A stretch of DNA of 63,893 bases, the filler included, from Dimargaris cristalligena (Eukaryota), in the NCBI GenBank assembly GCA_003614675.1. It is 3 parts of 3 records of this genome, joined end to end, with 100 filler letters (N's around TTAATTAATTAA, not from the genome) between each part and the next. Parts side by side here need not be neighbours in the genome. Positions count along the whole stretch, not along the records: positions 46,393 to 63,893 come from ML002798.1; 2 more parts are not named here. The stretch is one strand, 5' to 3'. The notes beneath the pieces were generated by a model. That model did no database searches, was not told the origin of the DNA, and saw only the letters and a list, made by a program, of their open reading frames with translations. The translations under genes were made by a program, and so were the position numbers. Below, one piece after another: positions 52,432-63,893 of the stretch; within the stretch, counting starts at the first letter, position 1, and each line of letters starts with the position of its first letter.

Positions 52432-54756
52432 ATGGCCACCGACGGAGCGATACCCACCGAGTTATTCCACCATACCTACCACCATGACTCCGCCAAGCAC
52501 TACCAGGCCGCCAAGGCCGTGTTTGAGCAGTTCGCCAGTGTCCAGGAGGAAGGCGAGCGTTTCATGACCTCCACCGATTTCGCCCGGGCCCTGTGGTCCC
52601 TGGACCCCGCCACCCAGTCGCTGCAGCAGTCCCCCTCCTCCACCAGCCCGAGTTTTAGCTCCGCCCAGTACGACATCCTATTCCGCATGGCCGATGCCCG
52701 GAAACGGGGCCGCATCTCCATTGCCGACTTCCAGGCCTTCCAGCTGCTACTATCCCGCCCCTATGCCGAATTCGAAATGGCCTTTAAGCTGCTCGATACG
52801 CAGGGTCGGGGTACCCTGAGTTTGTCCGACTTTAAGCAGATTGTGACTGCTACCGAACCAACGAGTAGTACCACTACCCCAAGTACCACCCCGTTGCACC
52901 TGGATCCCGCTTGGCTCAGTCTCTATGCCCGCCGCTCCAGTCCGGCGGCCGAAGGTGAAATCGACTACCACGTGTTCGGGCAAATGATCCACGAGTTGCA
53001 GGTCCAGCGTCTCCAGCACAGTTTCCGGGAGGCCGATACCTCGGGCTGCGGGGTTATTAGCCCCGAGGCCTTCCAGCGCATCGTCTACGGTTTCGCCCGT
53101 GAAAGAGTATCTCCCCTGGTCCTGGAGCACATTCCCACTCTGGCCCGACTAGGCGGAGGCTCCTCCCCTCCCCCCTCTGCCCTGGCTACCTTGGAGACGG
53201 AAGCCGTCGCTGCCGCCGGTCCGCTGACCTACCCGTTGTTGGTGGCTCTGTACCAGCTGGTCCAAAAGACCGACTGGGTGGAAGTCATTCTGATCCAAGC
53301 CGCCCAGCGCCATCCCCAGGGCCGCGTTACCCGCGACTCCTTTTTGGCCACCGCCGCCCAAGTCACCCGGGCGCCCCTGCTGACCCCTCTCGAAACGGAC
53401 GTACTCTTCCACTTGGTCGAAGTGGAAGCCGTGAGTGAGTCAACTCCCCTGGGCTCGGTCCAACCCAGCCAGGGCTTCGCATTGGCCGATTTCCGTCGGT
53501 TGCTCGATCCCACCTGGCGTAAACCCATTCCCTCGGAAATTCGGGAAGCGACCACCACCCTAGCCACCACCACTCCTGTCGCGGCTGAAACTAGCCCCTA
53601 CTGGGGGTGGGCAATGGGCGTATTCGAACAGGCCTACATGTTCGCCCTCGGGTCCATTGCCGGGGCCGTCGGAGCTACTGTGGTCTACCCCATCGATTTA
53701 GTCAAGACCCGCATGCAAAACCAGCGCTCGGCGGTGGTGGGGGAATTGCTGTACAAGAACAGTATGGACTGCTTCCGCAAGGTAATTAAAAACGAAGGTC
53801 CCAAGGGTCTCTACCGGGGTCTGGCCCCCCAACTGGTGGGAGTCGCCCCCGAGAAGGCCATCAAGCTCACCATGAACGACTTGGTGCGTAAATACACCAC
53901 CGATGCCAAAACGGGCCAGATTCCCCTGTGGGCCGAAGTGCTGGCCGGGTGTACGGCCGGTGGCAGTCAAGTGGTGTTCACCAACCCTTTGGAAATCGTC
54001 AAGATCCGCCTCCAGGTGCAGGGCGAGATGCTCAAGTCCGTGGACGTGGTACCCCGCCAGTCGGCCATTTCCATCGTGCGCCAACTCGGGTTAGTCGGGC
54101 TGTACAAGGGTGCGGGGGCCTGTCTCCTGCGGGACATTCCCTTCTCGGCCATCTACTTCCCGGTCTACGCGCACATTAAAAAGGACGTCTTCCTCGAATG
54201 CCCCGGGGTCAAACTGGGCATCTGGCAACTCCTGGTGGCTGGTGCGTTGGCCGGTATGCCCGCCGCTTATTTAACTACCCCGGCCGACGTGATTAAAACC
54301 CGTTTGCAGGTCGAGGCCCGGCAGGGTCAAACCGCTTACAACGGTATCCGGGACGCCGCCCGGAAAATCTACGCTGAGGAAGGGTTCCGGGCGTTCTTTA
54401 AAGGTGGAGTGGCCCGTATTTTCCGATCCTCCCCCCAGTTCGGTACCACGCTCATGGTCTACGAAGTCCTACAACGGTACTTCCCCTTTGCAGCGGCGGG
54501 CTCGGAGACTTCGCCAGGAGGGAGTGGTGCACTACCCCCGCCTGTGGCCTCCCCTTCCAACCTGGCCCACCGTCCCCTGACTAAACCCGGCGGCGGCGGT
54601 CTCCTGTCACCGACGCAAGCCCTGAATATCTCCCAGCAGGCCCCTTTGGCCTACCTGCGCATGCGTAATGCGGTCAAGTTGGTTCAGGATGTGCAGTACA
54701 GTTTCGGCAAGCTGCCGCCCGTCCCTACCACCACTGCACCCCCTTCACCGCAGTAG
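52432..54756 (+). CDS. AGC1: Mitochondrial aspartate/glutamate carrier (aralar/citrin-like), intronless
   Basis: Degenerate EF-hands; carrier signatures [67 protein letters not shown]. Confidence 0.95.
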   Translation: MATDGAIPTELFHHTYHHDSAKHYQAAKAVFEQFASVQEEGERFMTSTDFARALWSLDPATQSLQQSPSSTSPSFSSAQYDILFRMADARKRGRISIADFQAFQLLLSRPYAEFEMAFKLLDTQGRGTLSLSDFKQIVTATEPTSSTTTPSTTPLHLDPAWLSLYARRSSPAAEGEIDYHVFGQMIHELQVQRLQHSFREADTSGCGVISPEAFQRIVYGFARERVSPLVLEHIPTLARLGGGSSPPPSALATLETEAVAAAGPLTYPLLVALYQLVQKTDWVEVILIQAAQRHPQGRVTRDSFLATAAQVTRAPLLTPLETDVLFHLVEVEAVSESTPLGSVQPSQGFALADFRRLLDPTWRKPIPSEIREATTTLATTTPVAAETSPYWGWAMGVFEQAYMFALGSIAGAVGATVVYPIDLVKTRMQNQRSAVVGELLYKNSMDCFRKVIKNEGPKGLYRGLAPQLVGVAPEKAIKLTMNDLVRKYTTDAKTGQIPLWAEVLAGCTAGGSQVVFTNPLEIVKIRLQVQGEMLKSVDVVPRQSAISIVRQLGLVGLYKGAGACLLRDIPFSAIYFPVYAHIKKDVFLECPGVKLGIWQLLVAGALAGMPAAYLTTPADVIKTRLQVEARQGQTAYNGIRDAARKIYAEEGFRAFFKGGVARIFRSSPQFGTTLMVYEVLQRYFPFAAAGSETSPGGSGALPPPVASPSNLAHRPLTKPGGGGLLSPTQALNISQQAPLAYLRMRNAVKLVQDVQYSFGKLPPVPTTTAPPSPQ

Positions 54757-55398
54757 ATGCCTTACCGCATGCTATGCGATGTATCCCCATACCTATTATC
54801 ATTATTATTTTTATTTTATAAACAGAAAAATCCCCAGGGACGGTTCCATGGCGGTTCATTTTTAATCTTATTTATACATATTTATATACATATGTATCTA
54901 TCGTTTGTTGTTTTTTTCCGCCCAATCTCCCCCATGTCTCTCTCTCTCTCTCTCTTCTCGAGTATATTCACCGTCCCGGAAACTAAGTTAGATGCCATGA
55001 CCAACTCTTTCTCTTGATGACTTTTTGTTTGCCGTTTTTTCCTATTATGCAGTACATTCACCCTCCATTGACAAAAACTATATACGTCCAAAGCTTGGCT
55101 GGCACGATTTCGATTTATCCTATATTTAAGTTCGTATATTAGAGGGGGGACGTTATGGAATGCGAAAAAGACAATGATGATGATAACAATGGGGGGAGGG
55201 GAGATATTTATCAGCGATGTATACTATGTACAAGCGGTACTGAGGATTGAAGAGTGGGGGAGATCAAGTAGTATTCACCACCGATTGGAGGGAAGGATTA
55301 AGTTATACAATAGGGGGAATACCGATATAATAAGGGGGATTGGGGTGTCAGTCCAGGAGGACACCGTGCTGCAGCAAAAATAACCAAACAGGGGTTTC

Positions 55399-56625
55399 CT
55401 AGTCCGATTTGGACCCGAATGTTTCCGGCATTGACGACAAATCGAAAAGGATGGCCCGGGATTCTTGGTAAACGAATTTGAGGATAAGCAGGCTTGGCAA
55501 AATGTTCTAGAGGGCCCGAAACAACCATGAGAAAAAAACGGCGAGGAAACCGGATATATTCAAATTAGTGGGGCTAGGTGTGTGTGTGTGGGGGGGGCGG
55601 CGTTGATTTATGGGGAATTACTTGGGAAGTTGGTAAAAAACCCCGGTGGGACATTTAATCAGCCAGAATAATGTAGAATGTGACTTACCCTGAAGATAAC
55701 TACTATGGAAGGATCATTTTCAAGCATCAGGGCCAGGTAGGGTTTGACTTGATACATCGTGATGGCTTCATTGATGACGATATCGTTAATGTCTATTTTA
55801 TCGATAAACCGAACCGATGCGGTGCCCAGTATGGTGCTCGAGGTCAGTTGGAAGCCGACCTGACGGATCACTAGCAGTTTTTCTGACCGGGGCAGGGCGG
55901 GGTGGTTGAGTGTGGTGAATCAAGTATACAGCAGGGTGCAAGATATGATAACTAAGTAAGTACATTTGGAAACCACGATGGAAACAACAACAATAATAAT
56001 AATAATAATAACCTCCTTTGAGTCAACGACATTTTGCCAAGTAGGTTGATCAAATCGTAGCGGGTTAAATTCCCGGAATAATGGAGGGCTAAGAGTACAA
56101 AATTTTCACACTACTGCTATGCCTACCTTGTCGTATCCGGGTACATAATGATCGGAGCCAGAGAAAAGCTACGCCGTACCAGGGAAGCATATACCCTGAC
56201 TGCCAGTCAATTTGGAGCAGCGGACCCAAGCCGATTAAAAGGGCCAGGGTTATAAAGGCGTAGTCAAGTCCATTGAGCCATGGGCCGGGAGTCTGGACGA
56301 TGAATTCAATCACGTCGGGGGAGTGGACGTGATATTCGAATATGCCCTGGTTGGAATCGAACGGCGCGGGGGTCTCCTGGGTAGTAGTAGGGCAATGTGG
56401 GACAAGGGGGGAGGGGGCTAGACCCGGAAGATCGGCGGTGAGCCTAGTAGTGGTGGTCAGGTTAGGAGAAGCCTTGGCAATGGATGAGGTACGCCTTCGG
56501 CCAATCCGCCTGACCTGGGCCGGACTGCGTAGGGGAGGCGGAGTAACAATGACAGATGCCGGCGTGGAGGGCCCCTGTGGGGGTAGGGAAAGTTTGGATG
56601 GGGTCCGTGGCGTGTGGCGGCCCAT
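55399..56625 (-). CDS. GPI15: GPI-GlcNAc transferase subunit PIG-H/Gpi15, 3 exons
   Basis: Exons 56625-56127, 55882-55689, 55506-55399; two hydrophobic segments, then EKLLVIRQVGFQL...INDIVINEAI...YLAL...VVIF-R-NILPSL. Confidence 0.8.
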
Positions 56626-57259
56626 GTAGATGATAAAACTAGGGATATATGGGACTACAATAGTATATGAAGAAGGGGTATTATAGTTGGTGATGAGGTT
56701 AGAGGCAAGCTATGAATAGAGTAGAAAGAGGTTGGTGAATGCTGGCCATGCATTCACAACATGGCAAAACAATGGGTCGGAATTTCAGATGGGTTGTATA
56801 ATTTATAGCGCCCATTAGACTGAGGCTGAGGGAGGCATGCCTGGTATCAAAAGATTCCCCTGTTCATCCATTAATTTGTGGTGCAGGTTAATCCTAGATT
56901 CCACTCTAATATTGCACTGCTTCTAGCACGCTTTTTATTATTTTATTTTTCACACCGCCCAAGGCTTCCATAAAAATAGACCTGTATGCCCGTCTGCACC
57001 AATTACACCCGAACGTTTTACATGGGCGCACCTCGATCTATTGTATTTTAAGCGTTGGTCTAGCTTGATTTAGTGTGTCTAATTACCTGGTCGGTGTGCC
57101 TTGATTATATTAACCGGTAGTCTAGACCGGCCAGGAGATATAGGTAGGGATAACCTTGCAGTAACCCCCCATTCACCTAGTAGTGATCAACCAGTCCATT
57201 CCAATTAATCGAGCACTGGTATATACGGTATATATCAAGTGATATTTAAGGCGCGAGCC

Positions 57260-57260
57260 C

Positions 57261-57291
<31 letters not shown>
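57260..57291. repeat. Imperfect (CT)n microsatellite
   Basis: CT runs; similar runs near 54937 and 59738. Confidence 0.7.
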
Positions 57292-60102
57292 ACACCGTTT
57301 CCCGGTCTATTAGCCGAATTAGCCCCTGACATCCCCCTCCCATGGAACAGCAGCACCCTTGGTCTAATGCCGGTAAACCCGATTCAATCTGTTAATAATT
57401 GCACATATATACCTTTTTTTTTTGGATTATGTACAGCTACATAGCTATTTCACAATCACAACTTACACGACGGACCTTTGTTTGCTAGTGACATACCCTA
57501 CCCATAGCATTCTATAAAGTACAATACGGCCTTGCCGGGGTATGGGAGAGCATAGCAATTCGATGGCTATTCATGATGCATAGTACCCGCCGGGCTTCAC
57601 GGGTATACTTTGAGGGCGAACTCAGTGCCGATTGGACTGGGGTAGCCCCGTTTCCAAAAGCACCTCTTGCCCACGATTTTCCGCCCACAGACCTCCAGCG
57701 CGTTTTTATTTACTTCTTGTATAATAATGGCCCGTTTTTAGACGGACGTGTCTAGAACAGGACGGGGCGGGGAAGGAAAAGGCCGAGCGCACGCGTCGTA
57801 CTGTGAAGGCCAACTACCCCGTTCAGCACCCAATGGCCAAGGACTAAAGAAGAAGGTTCCTGAGGGGGGAGAAAAACACATAAAACAATAGGGAATGTCG
57901 TTTCATCCTCAGCAGACGTGGGGTTGCTGGGAAGGAATGTTTTACAGTGGTGGACTTGCAGGAGTGGGGAAATGACTGGTGGTGTTATTTCCCCAGTCCA
58001 TACAGTGAAGGGTAATGTATTCCACATTGGGGCCATGGGATATATACCCAAAAAAGAAGGTACAGAGGTCAAAGGAAAAACTAAAACATTTGCGATACGA
58101 AATAAGAACCGACGGTCTTCCTAGTCGTGCCGGGGAGGGCACCGCACGGACTGGCTGTGATTTTGCGAGGCTGTAAGCATCGTTGGATTGGGTTTTGGGA
58201 ATCCGTTCTTCCTAGATCCACCGTATTAGTAGTTATAGAGAGGGGCGGTGAGCTTCGCTAGGGTGGGGTTTGTTTACATTAGCGAGGGGAATGCGGTAAT
58301 CCGGCGCATTGATTGGCTGGATGGACGTTGCCCACATCCCAGCGGATCTTTGTTTACGTTTTGGGAGCTGGACCATCCCTTGATGGAATAGTGGAGCTGG
58401 TGGATGAAAAGCAGCCATACTCCCTTGATTGAGCAACCATTTTTACACCACAAGTGGGAGGGATGTGCTACAGACGTAGCACAGGCTGGAGGGATGAGGA
58501 ATAGGCCACTTTGACAGATAGATACTAAAAAAACACAGCGGAGTTTAATTTGCGGATTGGAGGGATGAGTACAATGCGAGGAGGCATTGTGGTGGGCGGG
58601 TTGAATCAACGGGGCGGGGTTTTATATTAATAGATCAGATGGATGGAAAGGAATCGGGGTTACACCCTGGAGGACGGCGCATACGGAGGGATAAACACAC
58701 CCATACACCCAGACTTACGTTGGTTGGCTGGCAATGCGGGAGTGGACTGATTTAAATGTCAGGGAACACAACCATAGACCCCCCCTTTGTAATGGGCCGA
58801 ATAACTCGGGATGCATGTTTGAAATGGGGCCAACAGTTCGGCCATGTAGGGATCCTGCAGCTGGTCATTCAGTCCAGGCCCTGTCAATTGGCAGGAGGGC
58901 GTTCAACAGGCAATGCATGGAATGGGAAGGTCGGTTTCTCTAGGCTAATGGCACTTGTTCGATGCCAGTGCATGTGGGTAGGTAAGTTTAATGAAAGACG
59001 GCTATAGAGTTGAAGAGGGAGAGAGTCGGTTGTTTACGTTTGGGGGGAAACCCTTCACCACACGCGTATATGCACTATTTGACCCATTCTTATACACTGC
59101 CCTCCTCCGCTGCCGTTTTTTCTTCAGGATCAGCTTTCTCTCTCTCTTTTGCCTTCGCGACTCGACTTCCACCAGTCGCCCTTCTTTCCCTCCCTACACT
59201 CGCGCATACATTTATAGGCCCCGGCTGACACGCGTGCGTGGAGGGCCTTGACTGAGAGTATTTGGTGCTTCGGCGAGATTCCTTCTGGCTCTTTCTCTCT
59301 TCTCTCTCCCGTTGTTTTATTTGGTTCTTTCCGTTCGACTTGGTCCTCTTCTTCCCGAATGTTTCCCCCTTTACAGCTATAACCCCCTCGTCTTCGTTTC
59401 TTCCGTCAAAGTCAATCCCCTCGACGCTTCCAAACTCCGACTCACCCCCTTTTTTTATCGAGTCACTGTCCTTCTCGTTCCCTGCTCCATCCGGTTCGGC
59501 AGTCCCCGCTCCCTTCCCGTAAACTCTAAGCCACTGCGTCCGGAACACATATACCCCCTCGACACAACCCGATTCTGCTTCCTGAGCCACACGCGCCGCA
59601 GCCCCCTCCACCCTATACCCACTCCCATCTCTCCCTCCCGGTTGGTTAGACCTGGTGGCTCTATCTTGGACTCACGCCGTCACCCTTTTCTTGTGGCCGT
59701 GTTTCCTCTAAAGTTGGTCTGACCCGCTCGCGAAGCCCTCTCTCTCTCTCTCTCTCCCCTCCTTTCTGACCATAGCGGCTTGGTGGCCCTAGACTCTAGT
59801 CCGTAGAGCGGGTTGTATATAGTGTGGCACATATCGGGTCCTTTTTTAAAAACGCTTTAGCTGATTTCCCTAGCTTAGTCCGCCCCGCTCTATCTCTCTT
59901 ATTATTATACCTTGGTTTAGCTTTAGTTATAGTTTTATCACTCCCATTGCTTATTATTATCATTAGTATCATTGCCAGCACATCCCCCTTATCAGTATCA
60001 ATTCTCTATATATCCCCCTGAGGTACATTGATTCCCCTCCTGTTATTCCTATCCACTTGCTGCTATTCAGGCCGCCTTCCTCCACAGTCCCTGGTCTAAA
60101 CC

Positions 60103-63100
60103 ATGTCCACCGCCCAGGGAAAACCGGCGTCGGACAAGGCGTCCCAGGCCCCATTCTCGTATGATATTCGAGTAACCGGTGATATCAGTCCCTACGCTAA
60201 CGCCGATGACGGCCGTACCACCCGCGTATCCGTCAAAATCACCAGCAATGATGATCTGGTCAATATCCTTCAGGCCCGCAAGGCCGGGGGTGCCCATCGA
60301 CCCCACAGCCTGGCTAACCCTCGGGAACTGCTCAATGTGGACATCAATGCCCGCGTAAACCCACTTACCGAAGATCGGGATCCTAGTCCTAAGCGCCACA
60401 CGAGCGAAAAAGGCTCCGTGCCCTCCTCCCCAATGAACGTTCCAGTCTCCAATGGCTACCGGGCCTACACCGCTACTCCCGTTTCGTCTACCGTGAACAG
60501 TGGGGGTAGCACTCAGTCCACACCATTGGCTATCGCCGCCACCGCCGCCAACGAGGACGCCAACGACCGTGCCATACACCGTTTGTGGAGTCGGTCTCCG
60601 CCCAACCAAAGTCGATCCGAGTTGTCCGAGGTGATGGAACGGACCGCCGGTCAGATCTTCCCCAACGAATCGCAGGCCTTCTCCCCTCTTCGCTCCGAGA
60701 TGGAACTGGATGAAGTCATGCGGCGGACCGCTGGTATGCCCGAGTCCGCTTTCCGTAGCGGGACTGCATCGAGCCTTTACGAGGAATATCGTTCTCCGCC
60801 CTCCCGTCCCGCTCGCCCCCCTAGTAAAACCTTTAGCTCCCACCAACCCCCTCCCTCCAGCCGCATGGGGGGTAGTATTTACCAACATCTTTCCCCACGG
60901 GCCGCCTCTCCGCTACGCAGTTCCAACCGGATTCAAGTCATTGAGGAGGACCCCCACCACTACCCGGCCCCGCTGTTGCTCTCCCGCAGCCTGTCTCCCC
61001 CTCCCACCCTGGGCCGCCGATCGGGCTCGCTGGCCCCTCCTAGTCCCGCCTTCGCCCTTAAACCGCGCAGTGCCACGCCCCCACCGGTAATGGAGCAGGC
61101 CTGGTACATGCAAAGCAGAGCCGGGGGCGAACATGAGGAAATATCCCGCCCCGGATCGGTCCAAAGTCAGGTTAGTTTGGCATCCAGCTCCACAACCACG
61201 ACGACCACTACCACACATTTAACCACCACCACCACCACCACTCACGATGCGGCCGTCATGATGCCGCTGCACACCCACCCGTCCACGCCCATGACCACCC
61301 CCGCCCGGGGTTCCGCTCCCATGTCTACCGGCCCCGCCCCCGATCGTCGGGGTGGCTGCAATACCCGTGGGGACTCTTCGTTCCTAAGTGCCTCCACATC
61401 CAACTTTTCCAGCGACTCGTCTAGTTTCGTGGGTTACCAGGACTTCAACCGAGTGCATATGGCCCATATGCAGCGGTCCCCCAAAAACTGCTTTGAGGTG
61501 TGCTATCTGTGCAATAAGCGCATCTCCAGCGGGGACCGGGTGTTACCCCACGACCGCCCAATTCACCGCGGTTGTCTACGCTGTGCAGACTGCCGCAAGC
61601 TACTCAGCGTAGACAACTACTCCAGTGTGGAGGATGTGTTTTACTGCCAGACTCACTACGACCTGCATAACCCCATTGTTACGACTACCCTGTCCTCCCG
61701 CATTGGCGGTGGCCACAAGTCCACCACCCGACCATCGCACCTGACCCTGTCGTTCAACCCCCATACCATCGCCTATTCTGATTCGAACGCAGGACATCCT
61801 AGTTTCGACAGTAGCACCTCGTCCCTCGACCTCAACGCCTCCGTGGCTTGCAGTTGCACCTGTGCCTGCATTTACTGCCCCATCAGTTTGTACGGCATCA
61901 ACGGCTCCGACAACGGTGATTACCCACAGAGTTGCCATTGCGCCTGCCACTGTCCCGTCTGCGTGCGAGCCCGCGGAATTCACTCTAGCCTAGGCACTCC
62001 CCCTCCCTGGACACCCTGCGCCGATAAATCCATCATTATCCACCCTCCCTCGGCCCGTTCGACGCCCTTCCCGGGGGCCCAACGGTCCGGCGGATCCATG
62101 TGCCAGTCGTTCGCACGATCGGAAACCCCTTACCACGCGCTGGACCGATCCATCAACCCCGAAGCCGCCTGCCACTGTGCATGCCAGTGTTCGTTCTGTC
62201 CCAACGCTCTGTATGGCCTGGTGTCCACGTCCGAGGAATTTGTCTCGCATCCCTGCCACTGTGATTGCTCTTGCTCCATCTGTATGCGGGCCCTTAATAT
62301 CTACGATAATTTCGGGGCCCCGCCGCCCCGGACCAAGACCCCCGCGGGCTGTCTCAACCCCGGCGAAAATACCCCCTGTCTGCTTTTTGCCCGTACCGGG
62401 GGTTCCACCGATGCCAGTGTCTTTGAGTGCCCCTGCCCCAATTGCCACGACCAGCGGACCAAGGACGCCACACTAATTGAACGCATCATGGCCTATTATT
62501 ATTCCAGGGCCATGTACGACTCTTCCTTTTACCTCTCGCCCAACGACAAGGAATATATTCGCCTGATTTGTCCCTGCTGCCACTGCCGGCGTTTCCGGGA
62601 GTCCAGCTTTAAGCCCACCGGTAGCCCCGCGCTGAAACCCCAGGATAACGTGGCCCCACCTAAGGCCTCGCCGACTCCGTCTAAGCCGGCCCCGACTCCT
62701 GCGCCCCCTTCCCCAACCCCTCCCTCCAAGTCGGCCGATAAGTCGTTCGCGCCTTGCCCGTGTCCTAACTGCCAGACCTCCGTTGGTCCCGTTCCCGCCG
62801 CTGGTAATGGCAAACCGCCCAGTCAACCCGGGTCCAAGAATGGTAATACTAGCAAAAGTGGTACTCCTCCCCCGGCCTCCAAAGCTCCAAGTGCGGCCAA
62901 ACCCGCTGATTTCGGCGCCTGCCCATGCCCTAACTGTACCAGCGGGACCCCCAAAGTGGCCCCCGCCGCCAAACCAGCTTCTCCGCCACCACCACCGTCG
63001 GCCTCGTCTAAAGCCAGCTCACCCCCGAAAGACTTTGGCGCTTGTCCGTGCCCGAACTGCACTAGTGGATCACCCGTGGCGGCCCTTGCTGTCAAACCAG

Positions 63101-63893
63101 CATCTCCGACCCCGCCAGCAGCCTCGCCCAAAGCCAGCTCTCCCTCGAAGGACTTTGGCGCTTGTCCATGCCCGAACTGTACCAGCGGGACCCCCAAAGT
63201 GGCCCCCGCCGCCAAACCAGCTTCTTCGCCACCACCACCGCCGGCCTCGCCCAAAGCCAGCCCATCCCCGAATGACTTTGGCGCTTGTCCATGCCCGAAC
63301 TGTACCAGTGGAGCGCCCGCGGCGGCCTCTACTGCCAAGCCAGCATCTCCGACTCCGCCGCCGGCTTCGCCTAAATCCAGTTCTCCCCCGAAGGACTTTG
63401 GGGCTTGCCCGTGCCCGAACTGTACCAGCGGGACCCCCATAGTGGCCCCTGCCGCCAAACCGGTCTCCCCCCCGCCGGCCTCGAAGGCCCCCAGCGGTCC
63501 GAAGAAGACTCCGCCTCCCTCGGCCTCTCCTCCGCCCAAGGATTTTGGCACTTGTCCCTGCCCTAACTGCACATCCTCTGGATCTGCCAAACCGGCTACC
63601 CCTGCCCCCTCGCCACCGGCAGCCACTCCGGCAAGTCCCAAGCCTTCCAAAGCCCCTTCGCCGCCGCCATCCAAGGTCCCACCCGCGGATTTTGGTGTAT
63701 GCCCTTGTCCTAACTGTCAGACCAATCCGCCACCCGCTTCTAAACCCTCTCTGGCCTCGCCTCCCGCTAAACCCGCCGCCTCCTCGTCACCACCACCGGC
63801 TGCGAAGGCTCCCAGCAACCCTCCCAAGGATTTTGGCAAGTGTCCCTGCCCTAACTGTGACTCGACTTTTACCGGTAAGGTCCCGTCGAGAGT
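60103..63893 (+). CDS. Large LIM-domain protein with Cys-rich modules and Pro-rich repeats (at least 1263 aa, runs off the window)
   Basis: Manual translation from CCATG at 60103 has no stop to the window end; LIM Cx2Cx17Hx2Cx2Cx2Cx17Cx2H at 61501-61656; Cys modules; DFGxCPCPNC repeats. Confidence 0.88.
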   Translation, partial: MSTAQGKPASDKASQAPFSYDIRVTGDISPYANADDGRTTRVSVKITSNDDLVNILQARKAGGAHRPHSLANPRELLNVDINARVNPLTEDRDPSPKRHTSEKGSVPSSPMNVPVSNGYRAYTATPVSSTVNSGGSTQSTPLAIAATAANEDANDRAIHRLWSRSPPNQSRSELSEVMERTAGQIFPNESQAFSPLRSEMELDEVMRRTAGMPESAFRSGTASSLYEEYRSPPSRPARPPSKTFSSHQPPPSSRMGGSIYQHLSPRAASPLRSSNRIQVIEEDPHHYPAPLLLSRSLSPPPTLGRRSGSLAPPSPAFALKPRSATPPPVMEQAWYMQSRAGGEHEEISRPGSVQSQVSLASSSTTTTTTTTHLTTTTTTTHDAAVMMPLHTHPSTPMTTPARGSAPMSTGPAPDRRGGCNTRGDSSFLSASTSNFSSDSSSFVGYQDFNRVHMAHMQRSPKNCFEVCYLCNKRISSGDRVLPHDRPIHRGCLRCADCRKLLSVDNYSSVEDVFYCQTHYDLHNPIVTTTLSSRIGGGHKSTTRPSHLTLSFNPHTIAYSDSNAGHPSFDSSTSSLDLNASVACSCTCACIYCPISLYGINGSDNGDYPQSCHCACHCPVCVRARGIHSSLGTPPPWTPCADKSIIIHPPSARSTPFPGAQRSGGSMCQSFARSETPYHALDRSINPEAACHCACQCSFCPNALYGLVSTSEEFVSHPCHCDCSCSICMRALNIYDNFGAPPPRTKTPAGCLNPGENTPCLLFARTGGSTDASVFECPCPNCHDQRTKDATLIERIMAYYYSRAMYDSSFYLSPNDKEYIRLICPCCHCRRFRESSFKPTGSPALKPQDNVAPPKASPTPSKPAPTPAPPSPTPPSKSADKSFAPCPCPNCQTSVGPVPAAGNGKPPSQPGSKNGNTSKSGTPPPASKAPSAAKPADFGACPCPNCTSGTPKVAPAAKPASPPPPPSASSKASSPPKDFGACPCPNCTSGSPVAALAVKPASPTPPAASPKASSPSKDFGACPCPNCTSGTPKVAPAAKPASSPPPPPASPKASPSPNDFGACPCPNCTSGAPAAASTAKPASPTPPPASPKSSSPPKDFGACPCPNCTSGTPIVAPAAKPVSPPPASKAPSGPKKTPPPSASPPPKDFGTCPCPNCTSSGSAKPATPAPSPPAATPASPKPSKAPSPPPSKVPPADFGVCPCPNCQTNPPPASKPSLASPPAKPAASSSPPPAAKAPSNPPKDFGKCPCPNCDSTFTGKVPSR
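62908..63858 (+). repeat. Coding tandem repeat, 120-147-bp units encoding DFGxCPCPNC plus Pro/Ala/Ser/Lys linker
   Basis: Motif starts at 62908, 63031, 63151, 63274, 63394, 63541, 63688 and 63829. Confidence 0.92.

Noticed and set aside
62908-63858. CRISPR-like repeat/spacer pattern
   Set aside because: Repeats vary at synonymous positions, spacers are homologous and in frame, and the context is eukaryotic with no cas genes.

Overview
Intron-containing fungal genomic DNA. The gene content and intronless secreted subtilisins suggest an early-diverging fungus, possibly Zoopagomycota/Dimargaritales; this is inference only. The window is three separate scaffolds joined by artificial 100-bp N44-TTAATTAATTAA-N44 spacers: 1-23098, 23199-46292 and 46393-end. 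Housekeeping genes: cyclin C, a Dpb3-like histone-fold protein, MCCC2, RMD5, PPN1, a SAM methyltransferase, RPT1, ARP5, UreD, SLC1, AGC1 and PIG-H. Main unusual items: (1) a signal-peptide-bearing, doubly frameshifted two-zinc-finger gene, a candidate secreted transcription-factor effector; (2) two tandem secreted Cu-only-SOD-fold genes lacking every copper-ligand His; (3) a head-to-head subtilisin pair sharing an identical 41-bp upstream block; (4) a ~144-bp dyad-symmetric MITE-like family with six copies across all three scaffolds; (5) an ORF of at least 1263 codons, absent from the ORF track, with a LIM domain, duplicated 10-Cys modules and an array of DFGxCPCPNC motifs on Pro-rich linkers. 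All calls come from manual reading; no database searches were run.
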